From NCBI GenBank assembly GCA_964016885.1, contig OZ024740.1, positions 45,818,001-45,882,000 on the forward strand: a DNA stretch of 64,000 bases. Direction: 5' to 3'. The notes beneath the pieces are model-generated. The model was not told the DNA's origin. It did not search any database and saw only the letters and a program-made list of their open reading frames with translations. The position numbers and the translations under genes are program-made. Position 1 is the stretch's first letter. Each line of letters begins with the position of its first letter. Positions 42,901 through 54,489 of this stretch are shown here, piece by piece. This DNA comes from Eledone cirrhosa (Eukaryota).

Positions 42901-45900
42901 TGTATGTAAGAAGATATTGGTGTTGTACAGCAAGAATTAGACCTACTGTCTGTTGTTGTATGTAACAAGATATTGGTGTTGTACAGCAAGAATTTAACCT
43001 ACTGTCTTTGTTGTATGTAACAAGATATTGGTGTTGTACAGCAAGAATTAGACCTACTGTCTATTGTTGTATGTAACAAGATATTGGTGTTGTACAGCAA
43101 GAATTAGATCTACTGTCTATTGTTGTATGTAACAAGATATTGGTGTTGTACAGCAAGAATTAGATCTACTGTCTGTTGTTTTATGTAACAAGATATTGGT
43201 GTTGTACAGCAAGAATTAGACCTACTGTCTATTACTGTGTGTAACAAGATATTGGTGTCGTACAGCAAGAATTAGATCTACTGTCTGTTGTTTTATGTAA
43301 CAAGATATTGATGTTGTACAGCAAGAATTAGACCTACTGTCTATTATTGTGTGTAACAAGATATTGGTGTCGTACAGCAAGAATTAGATCTACTGTCTGT
43401 TGTTTTATGTAACAAGATATTGGTGTTGTACAGCAAGAATTAGACCTACTGTCTATTGTTGTATGTAACAAGATATTGGTGTTGTACAGCAAGAATTAGA
43501 TCTACTGTCTATTGTTGTATGTAACAAGATATTGGTGTTGTACAGCAAGAATTAGATCTACTGTCTGTTGTTTTATGTAACAAGATATTGGTGTTGTACA
43601 GCAAGAATTAGACCTACTGTCTATTATTGTGTGTAACAAGATATTGGTGTCGTACAGCAAGAATTAGATCTACTGTCTGTTGTTTTATGTAACAAGATAT
43701 TGATGTTGTACAGCAAGAATTAGACCTACTGTCTATTATTGTGTGTAACAAGATATTGGTGTCGTACAGCAAGAATTAGATCTACCGTCTATTGTTGTAT
43801 GTAACAAGATATTGGTGTTGTACAGCAAGAATTAGATCTACTGTCTGTTGTTTTATCTAACAAGATATTGGTGTTGTACAGCAAGAATTAGGCCTACTGT
43901 CTATTGTTGTATGTAACAAGATATTGGTGTTGTACAGCAAGAATTAGATCTACTGTCTATTGTTGTATGTAACAAGATATTGGTGTTGTACAGCAAGAAT
44001 TAGGCCTACTGTCTGTTGTTGTATGTAACAAGATATTGGTGTTGTACTGCAAGAATTAGACCTACTGTCTATTGTTGTATGTAACAAGATATTGGTGTTG
44101 TACAGCAAGAATTTGATCTACTGTCTGTTGTTGTGTGTAACAAGATATTGGTGTTGTACAGCAAGAATTAGATCTACTGTCTATTGTTGTATGTAAGAAG
44201 ATATTGGTGTTGTACAGCAAGAATTAGACCTACTGTCTGTTGTTGTGTGTAACAAGATATTGGTGTTGTACAGCAAGAATTATATCTACTGTCTATTGTT
44301 GTATGTAAGAAGATATTGGTGTTGTACAGCAAGAATTATATATACTGTCTGTTGTTTTATGTAACAAGATATTGGTGTTGTACAGCAAGAATTAGACCTA
44401 CTGTCTATTATTGTGTGTAACAAGATATTGGTGTTGTACAGCAAGAATTAGATCTACTGTCTGTTGTTGTGTGTAACAAGACATTGGTGTTGTACAGCAA
44501 GAATTAGATCTACTGTCTATTGTTGTATGTAAGAAGATATTGGTGTTGTACAGCAAGAATTAGATCTACTGTCTGTTGTTGTGTGTAACAAGATATTGGT
44601 GTTGTACAGCAAGAATTAGATCTACTGTCTATTGTTGTATGTAAGAAGATATTGGTGTTGTACAGCAAGAATTAGACCTACTGTCTGTTGTTGTGTGTAA
44701 CAAGATATTGGTGTTGTACAGCAAGAATTAGATCTACTGTCTATTGTTGTATGTAACAAGACATTGGTGTTGTACAGCAAGAATTAGGCCTACTGTCTAT
44801 TGTTGTAACAAGACATTGGTGTTGTACAGCAAGAATTAGACCTACTGTCTGTTGTTGTATGTAACAAGATATTGATTTTGTACAGCAAGAATTAGATCTA
44901 CTGTCTGTTGTTTTATGTAACAAGATATTGGTGTTGTACAGCAAGAATTAGACCTACTGTCTATTATTGTGTGTAACAAGATATTGGTGTCGTACAGCAA
45001 GAATTAGATCTACTGTCTGTTGTTTTATGTAACAAGATATTGATGTTGTACAGCAAGAATTAGACCTACTGTCTATTATTGTGTGTAACAAGATATTGGT
45101 GTCGTACAGCAAGAATTAGATCTACTGTCTATTGTTGTATGTAACAAGATATTGGTGTTGTACAGCAAGAATTAGATCTACTGTCTGTTGTTTTATCTAA
45201 CAAGATATTGGTGTTGTACAGCAAGAATTAGGCCTACTGTCTATTGTTGTATGTAACAAGATATTGGTGTTGTACAGCAAGAATTAAATCTACTGTCTAT
45301 TGTTGTATGTAACAAGATATTGGTGTTGTACAGCAAGAATTAGGCCTACTGTCTGTTGTTGTATGTAACAAGATATTGGTGTTGTACTGCAAGAATTAGA
45401 CCTACTGTCTATTGTTGTATGTAACAGGATATTGGTGTTGTACAGCAAGAATTAGATCTACTGTCTGTTGTTGTGTGTAACAAGATATTGGTGTTGTACA
45501 GCAAGAATTAGATCTACTGTCTATTGTTGTATGTAAGAAGATATTGGTGTTGTACAGCAAGAATTAGACCTACTGTCTGTTGTTGTGTGTAACAAGATAT
45601 TGGTGTTGTACAGCAAGAATTAGATCTACTGTCTATTGTTGTATGTAACAAGACATTGGTGTTGTACAGCAAGAATTAGGCCTACTGTCTATTGTTGTAA
45701 CAAGACATTGGTGTTGTACAGCAAGAATTAGACCTACTGTCTGTTGTTGTATGTAACAAGATATTGGTGTTGTACAGCAAGAATTAGACCTACTGTCTTT
45801 GTTGTATGTAACAAGATATTGGTGTTGTACAGCAAGAATTAGACCTACTGTCTATTGTTGTATGTAACAAGATATTGGTGTTGTACAGCAAGAATTAGAT

Positions 45901-48900
45901 CTACTGTCTATTGTTGTATGTAACAAGATATTGGTGTTGTACAGCAAGAATTAGATCTACTGTCTGTTGTTTTATGTAACAAGATATTGGTGTTGTACAG
46001 CAAGAATTAGACCTACTGTCTATTATTGTGTGTAACAAGATATTGGTGTCGTACAGCAAGAATTAGATCTACTGTCTGTTGTTTTATGTAACAAGATATT
46101 GATGTTGTACAGCAAGAATTAGACCTACTGTCTATTATTGTGTGTAACAAGATATTGGTGTCGTACAGCAAGAATTAGATCTACTGTCTATTGTTGTATG
46201 TAACAAGATATTGGTGTTGTACAGCAAGAATTAGATCTACTGTCTGTTGTTTTATCTAACAAGATATTGGTGTTGTACAGCAAGAATTAGATCTACCGTC
46301 TATTGTTGTATGTAACAAGATATTGGTGTTGTACAGCAAGAATTAGGCCTACTGTCTGTTGTTGTATGTAACAAGATATTGGTGTTGTACTGCAAGAATT
46401 AGACCTACTGTCTATTGTTGTATGTAATAAGATATTGGTGTTGTACAGCAAGAATTAGATCTACTGTCTGTTGTTGTGTGTAACAAGATATTGGTGTTGT
46501 ACAGCAAGAATTAGATCTACTGTCTATTGTTGTATGTAAGAAGATATTGGTGTTGTACAGCAAGAATTAGACCTACTGTCTGTTGTTGTGTGTAACAAGA
46601 TATTGGTGTTGTACAGCAAGAATTAGATCTACTGTCTATTGTTGTATGTAAGAAGATATTGGTGTTGTACAGCAAGAATTAGATATACTGTCTGTTGTTT
46701 TATGTAACAAGATATTGGTGTTGTACAGCAAGAATTAGACCTACTGTCTATTATTGTGTGTAACAAGATATTGGTGTTGTACAGCAAGAATTAGATCTAC
46801 TGTGTGTTGTTGTGTGTAACAAGACATTGGTGTTGTACAGCAAGAATTAGATCTACTGTCTATTGTTGTATGTAAGAAGATATTGGTGTTGTACAGCAAG
46901 AATTAGATCTACTGTCTGTTGTTGTGTGTAACAAGATATTGGTGTTGTACAGCAAGAATTAGATCTACTGTCTATTGTTGTATGTAAGAAGATATTGGTG
47001 TTGTACAGCAAGAATTAGACCTACTGTCTGTTGTTGTGTGTAACAAGATATTGGTGTTGTACAGCAAGAATTAGATCTACTGTCTATTGTTGTATGTAAC
47101 AAGACATTGGTGTTGTACAGCAAGAATTAGGCCTACTGTCTATTGTTGTAACAAGACATTGGTGTTGTACAGCAAGAATTAGACCTACTGTCTGTTGTTG
47201 TATGTAACAAGATATTGGTGTTGTACAGCAAGAATTAGACCTACTGTCTTTGTTGTATGTAACAAGATATTGGTGTTGTACAGCAAGAATTAGACCTACT
47301 GTCTATTGTTGTATGTAACAAGATATTGGTGTTGTACAGCAAGAATTAGATCTACTGTCTATTGTTGTATGTAACAAGATATTGGTGTTGTACAGCAACA
47401 ATTAGATCTACTGTCTGTTGTTTTATGTAACAAGATATTGGTGTTGTACAGCAAGAATTAGACCTACTGTCTATTATTGTGTGTAACAAGATATTGGTGT
47501 CGTACAGCAAGAATTAGATCTACTGTCTGTTGTTTTATGTAACAAGATATTGATGTTGTACAGCAAGAATTAGACCTACTGTCTATTATTGTGTGTAACA
47601 AGATATTGGTGTCGTACAGCAAGAATTAGATCTACTGTCTGTTGTTTTATGTAACAAGATATTGGTGTTATACAGCAAGAATTAGGCCTACTGTCTATTG
47701 TTGTATGTAACAAGATATTGGTGTTGTACAGCAAGAATTAGATCTACTGTCTATTGTTGTATGTAACAAGATATTGGTGCTGTACAGCAAGAATTAGGCC
47801 TACTGTCTGTTGTTGTATGTAACAAGATATTGGTGTTGTGCTGCAAGAATTAGACCTACTGTCTATTGTTGTATGTAACAAGATATTGGTGTTGTACAGC
47901 AAGAATTAGATCTACTGTCTGTTGTTGTGTGTAACAAGATATTGGTGTTGTACAGCAAGAATTAGATCTACTGTCTATTGTTGTATGTAACAAGACGTTG
48001 CTGTTGTACTGCAAGAATTAGAGCTACTATCCATTGTTGTGTGTAACAAGATATTGATGTTGTACAGCAAGAATTAGATCTACTGTCTATTGTTGTATGA
48101 ACAAGACATTGGTGTTGTACAGCAAGAATTAGGCCTACTGTCTATTGTTGTATGTAACAAGATGTTGGTGTTGTAGAGCTAGAATTAGATCTACTGTCTA
48201 TTGTTGTACGTAACAAAACATTGGTGTTGTACAGCAAGAATTAGACCTACTGTCTATTGTTGTGTGTAACAAGATATTGGTGTTGTACAGCAAGAATTAG
48301 ACCTACTGTCTATTGTTGTATGTAACAAGATATTGCTGTTGTACTGCAAGAATTAGAGCTACTATCTATTGTTGTGTGTAACAAGATATTGATGTTGTAC
48401 AGCAAGAATTAGATCTACTGTCTATTGTTGTATGAACAAGACATTGGTGTTGTACAGCAAGAATTAGGCCTACTGTCTATTGTTGTATGTAACAAGACGT
48501 TGGTGTTGTAGAGCTAGAATTAGATCTACTGTCTATTGTTGTATGTAACAAAACATTGGTGTTGTACAGCAAGAATTAGACCTACTGTCTATTGTTGTGT
48601 GTAACAAGATATTGGTGTTGTACAGCAAGAATTAGACCTACTGTCTATTGTTGTATGTAACAAGATATTGCTGTTGTACAGCAAGAATTAGAGCTACTAT
48701 CTATTGTTGTGTGTAACAAGATATTGATTTTGTACAGCAAGAATTAGATCTACTGTCTATTGTTGTATGAACAAGACATTGATGTTGTACAGCAAGAATT
48801 AGATCTACTGTCTATTGTTGTGTGTAACAAGACATTGGTGTTGTACAGCAAGAATTAGATCTACTGTCTATTGTTGTGTGTAACAAGACTTGGTGTTGTA

Positions 48901-49413
48901 CAGCATGAATTAGGCCTACTGTCTATTGTTGTATGTAACAAGATATTGGTGTTGTACAGCAAGAATTAGATCTACTGTCTATTGTTGTATGTAACAAGAC
49001 ATTGGTGTTGTACAGCAAGAATTAGATCTACTGTCTATTGTTGTGTGTAACAAGATATTGGTGTTGTACAGCAAGAATTAGGCCTACTGTCTATTGTTGT
49101 AATTAGACATTCGTGTTGTACAGCAAGAATTAGATGTATTGTCTATTGTTGTATGTAACAAGACGTTGGTGTTGTACAGCAAGAATTAGACCTACTGTCT
49201 GTTGTTGTATGTAACAAGACATTGGTGTTGTACAGCAAGAATTAGATCTACTGTCTATTGTTGTGTGTAACAAGATATTGGTGTTGTACAGCAAGAATTA
49301 GACCTACTGTCTATTGTTGTGTGTAACAAGATATTGGTGTTGTACAGCAAGAATTAGATCTACTGTCTGTTGTCGTATGTAACAAGATATTGGTGTTGTA
49401 CAGCAAGAATTAG
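33967..49413 (+). repeat. Near-perfect tandem duplication of 7,704 bp (138 monomers)
   Basis: Identical ORFs at 37037 and 44741, gtaacaggat at 34251/41955 and tgtattg at 41431/49135 are all offset by 7704. The match begins at 33967/41671 and ends at 41709/49413. 138x56 minus 24 bp of counted deletions gives 7704. Confidence 0.95.
40290..41100 (+). repeat. Local 335-bp (6-monomer) higher-order repeat, about 2.5 copies; present again at ~47994-48804
   Basis: The GAGC variant (tagagctacta) lies at 40319, 40654 and 40989, a spacing of 335 = 6x56-1. Each is followed by an atgaac 1-bp-deletion monomer. Confidence 0.88.
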
Positions 49414-52400
49414 GCCTACTGTCTATTGTTGTATGTAACAAGACATTGGTGTTGTACAGCAAGAATTAGGCGTACTGTCTATTGTTGTATGTAACACGAT
49501 ATTGGTGTTGTACACTAAGAATTAGATCTACTGTCTGTTGTTGTATGTAACAAGACATTGGTGTTGTACAGCTAGAATTAGACCTACTGTCTATTGTTGT
49601 GTGTAGCAAGACGTTGGTGTTGTACAGCAAGATTTAGATCTACTGTCTATTGTATGTAACAAGACATTGGTGTTGTACAGCTAGAATTAGATCTACTGTC
49701 TATTGTTGTATGTAACAAGACATTGGTGTTGTACAGCAAGAATTAGACCTACTGTCTATTGTTGTATGTAACAAGACATTGGTGTTGTACAGCAAGAATT
49801 AGATCTACTGTCTATTGTTGTATGTAACAAGACATTGGTGTTGTACAGCAAGAATTAGATCTACTGTCTATTGTTGCATGTAACAAGATATTGGTGTTGT
49901 ACAGCAAGAATTAGGCCTACTGTCTGTTGTTGTATGTAACAAGACATTGGTGTTGTACAGCAAGAATTAGACCTACTGTCTATTGTTGTATGTAACAAGA
50001 TATTGGTGTTGTACAACAAGAATTAGACCTACTGTCTATTATTGTGTGTAACAAGATATTGGTGTCGTACAGCAAGAATTAGATCTACTGTCTGTTGTTT
50101 TACGTAACAAGATATTGGTGTTTAACACCAAGAATTAGGCCTACTGTCTGTTGTTGTATGTAACAAGATATTGGTGTTGTACAGCAAGAATTAGACCTAC
50201 TGTCTGTTGTTGTATGTAACAAGACGTTGGTGTTGTACAGCAAGAATTAGGCCTACTGTCTGTTGTTGTATGTAACAAGACATTGGTGTTGTACAGCTAG
50301 AATTAGATCTACTGTCTATTGTTGTATGTAACAAGACATTGGTGTTGTACAGCAAGAATTAGACCTACTGTCTATTGTTGTGTGTAACAAGACGTTGGTG
50401 TTGTACAGCAAGAATTAGATCTACTGTCTATTGGTGTATGTAACAAGACATTGGTGTTGTACAGCAAGCATTAGAGCTACTATCTATTGTTGTGTGTAAC
50501 AAGATATTGATTTTGTACAGCAAGAATTAGATCTACTGTCTATTGTTGTATGAACAAGACATTGATGTTGTACAGCAAGAATTAGATCTACTGTCTATTG
50601 TTGTGTGTAACAAGACTTGGTGTTGTACAGCAAGAATTAGGCCTACTGTCTATTGTTGTAATTAGACATTCATGTTGTACAGCAAGAATTAGATCTACTG
50701 TCTATTGTTGTGTGTAACAAGACATTGGTGTTGTACAGCAAGAATTAGATCTACTGTCTATTGTTGTGTGTAACAAGATATTGGTGTTGTACAGCAAGAA
50801 TTAGGCCTACTGTCTATTGTTGTAATTAGACATTCGTGTTGTACAGCAAGAATTAGATGTATTGTCTATTGTTGTATGTAACAAGACGTTGGTGTTGTAC
50901 AGCAAGAATTAGACCTACTGTCTGTTGTTGTATTTAACAAGACATTGGTGTTGTACAGCAAGAATTAGATCTACTGTCTATTGTTGTGTGTAACAAGATA
51001 TTGGTGTTGTACAGCAAGAATTAGATCTACTGTCTGTTGTCGTATGTAACAAGATATTGGTGTTGTACAGCAAGAATTAGGCCTACTGTCTATTGTTGTA
51101 TGTAACAAGACATTGGTGTTGTACAGCAAGAATTAGGCGTACTGTCTATTGTTGTATGTAACACGATATTGGTGTTGTACACTAAGAATTAGATCTACTG
51201 TCTGTTGTTGTATGTAACAAGACATTGGTGTTGTACAGCTAGAATTAGATCTACTGTCTATTGTTGTATGTAACAAGACATTGGTGTTGTACAGCAAGAA
51301 TTAGACCTACTGTCTATTGTTGTGTGTAACAAGACGTTGGTGTTGTACAGCAAGATTTAGATCTACTGTCTATTGTATGTAACAAGACATTGGTGTTGTA
51401 CAGCTAGAATTAGATCTACTGTCTATTGTTGTATGTAACAAGACATTGGTGTTGTACAGCAAGAATTAGACCTACTGTCTATTGTTGTGTGTAACAAGAC
51501 ATTGGTGTTGTACAGCAAGAATTAGATCTACTGTCTATTGTTGTGTGTAACAAGACATTGGTGTTGTACAGCAAGAATTAGGCCTAGTGTCTATTGTTGT
51601 ATGTAACAAGACGTTGCTGTTGTACAGCAAGAATTAGGCCTACTGTCTGTTGTTGTATGTAACAAGACATTGACGTTGTACAGCTAGAATTAGATCTACT
51701 GTCTATTGTTGTATGTAACAAGACATTGGTGTTGTACAGCAAGAATTAGATCTACTGTCTATTGTTGCATGTAACAAGATATTGGTGTTGTACAGCAAGA
51801 ATTAGACCTACTGTCTATTATTTTGTGTAACAAGATATTGGTGTCGTACAGCAAGAATTAGATCTACTGTCTGTTGTTTTACGTAACAAGATATTGGTGT
51901 TGAACACCAAGAATTAGGCCTACTGTCTGTTGTTGTATGTAACAAGATATTGGTGTTGTACAGCAAGAATTAGACCTACTGTCTGTTGTTGTATGTAACA
52001 AGACGTTGGTGTTGTACAGCAAGAATTAGGCCTACTGTCTGTTGTTGTATGTAACAAGACATTGGTGTTGTACAGCTAGAATTAGATCTACTGTCTATTG
52101 TTGTATGTAACAAGACATTGGTGTTGTACAGCAAGAATTAGACCTACTGTCTATTGTTGTGTGTAACAAGACGTTGGTGTTGTACAGCAAGAATTAGATC
52201 TACTGTCTATTGGTGTATGTAACAAGACATTGGTGTTGTACAGCTAGAATTAGATCTACTGTCTATTGTTGTATGTAACAAGACATTGGTGTTGTACAGC
52301 AAGAATTAGGCCTACTGTCTATTGTTGTATGTAACACGATATTGGTGTTGTACAGCAAGAATTAGATCTACTGTCTATTGTTGTATGTAACAAGATATTG

Positions 52401-54489
52401 GTGTTGTACAGCAAGAATTAGGCCTACTGTCTGTTGTTGTATGTAACAAGATATTGGTGTTGTACAGTAAGAATTAGACCTACTGTCTATTGTTGTATGT
52501 AACAAGACATTGGTGTTGTACAGCAAGAATTAGACCTACTGTCTATTGTTGAATGTAACAAGATATTGGTGTTGTACAGCAAGAATTAGACCTACTGTCT
52601 ATTGTTGTATGTAACAAGATATTGGTGTTGTACAGCAAGAATTAGAACTACTGTCTGTTGTTGTATGTAACAAGATATTGGTGTTGTACAGCAAGAATTA
52701 GATCTACTGTCTGTTGTTGTATGTAACAAGATATTGGTGTTGTACAGCAAGAATTAGACCTACTGTCTATTGTTGTATGTAACAAGACATTGGTGTTGTA
52801 CAGCAAGAATTAGGCCTACTGTCTATTGTTGTATGTAAGAAGATATTGGTGTTGTACAGCAAAAATCAGATCTACTGTCTATTGTTGTATGTAACAAGAT
52901 ATGGGTGTTGTACAGCAAGAATTAGGCCTACTGTCTGTTGTTGTATGTAACAAGACATTGGTGTTGTACAGCAAGAATTAGACCTACTGTCTATTGTTGT
53001 ATGTAACAAGATATTGGTGTTGTACAGCAAGAATTAGACCTACTGTCTATTATTGTGTGTAACAAGATATTGGTGTCGTACAGCAAGAATTAGATCTACT
53101 GTCTGTTGTTTTATGTAACAAGATATTGGTGTTGAACACCAAGAATTAGGCCTAATGTCTGTTGTTGTATGTAACAAGATATTGGTGTTGTACAGCAAGA
53201 ATTATACCTACTGTCTGTTGTTGTATGTAACAAGACGTTGGTGTTGTACAGCAAGAATTAGGCCTACTGTCTATTGTTGTATGTAACAAGACATTGGTGT
53301 TGTACAGCAAGAATTAGATCTACTGTCTATTGTTGTATGTAACAAGATATTGGTGTTGTACAGCAAGAATTAGGCCTACTGTCTGTTGTTGTATGTAACA
53401 AGACATTGGTGTTGCACAGCAAGAATTAGACCTACTGTCTATTGTTGTATGTAACAAGATATTGGGCTTGTACAGCAAGAATTAGACCTACTGTCTATTA
53501 TTGTGTGTAACAAGATATTGGTGTCGTACAGCAAGAATTAGATCTACTGTCTGTTGTTTTATGTAACAAGATATTGGTGTTGAACAGCAAGAATTAGGCC
53601 TAGTGTCTGTTGTTGTATGTAACAAGATATTGGTGTTGTACAGCAAGAATTAGACCTACTGTCTGTTGTTGTATGTAACAAGACGTTGGTGTTGTACAGC
53701 AAGAATTAGGCCTACTGTCTATTGTTGTATGTAACAAGACATTGGTGTTGTACAGCAAGAATTAGGCCTACTGTATATTGTTGTATGTAACAAGATATTG
53801 GTGTTGTACAGCAAGAATTAGATCTACTGTCTATTGTTGTATGTAACAAGATATTGGTGTTGTACAGCAGGAATTAGGCCTACTGTCTATTGTTGTGTGT
53901 AACAAGATATTGGTGTTGTACAGCGAGAATTAGACCTACTGTCTGTTGTTGTATGTAACAAGATATTGGTGTTGTACAGCAAGAATTAGACCTACTGTCT
54001 TTGTTGTATGTAACAAGATATTGGTGTTGTACAGCAAGAATTAGACCCACTGTCTATTGTTGTATGTAACAAGATATTGGTGTTGTACAGCAAGAATTAG
54101 ATCTACTGTCTATTGTTGTATGTAACAAGATATTGGTGTTGTACAGCAAGAATTAGATCTACTGTCTGTTGTTTTATGTAACAAGATATTGGTGTTGTAC
54201 AGCAAGAATTAGGCCTACTGTCTATTGTTGTATGTAACAAGATATTGGTGTTGTACAGCAAGAATTAGATCTACTGTCTATTGTTGTATGTAACAAGATA
54301 TTGGTGTTGTACAGCAAGAATTATGCCTACTGTCTGTTGTTGTATGTAACAAGATATTGGTGTTGTACTGCAAGAATTAGACCTACTGTCTATTGTTGTA
54401 TGTAACAAGATATTGGTGTTGTACAGCAAGAATTAGATCTACTGTCTATTGTTGTATGTAAGAAGATATTGGTGTTGTACAGCAAGAAT

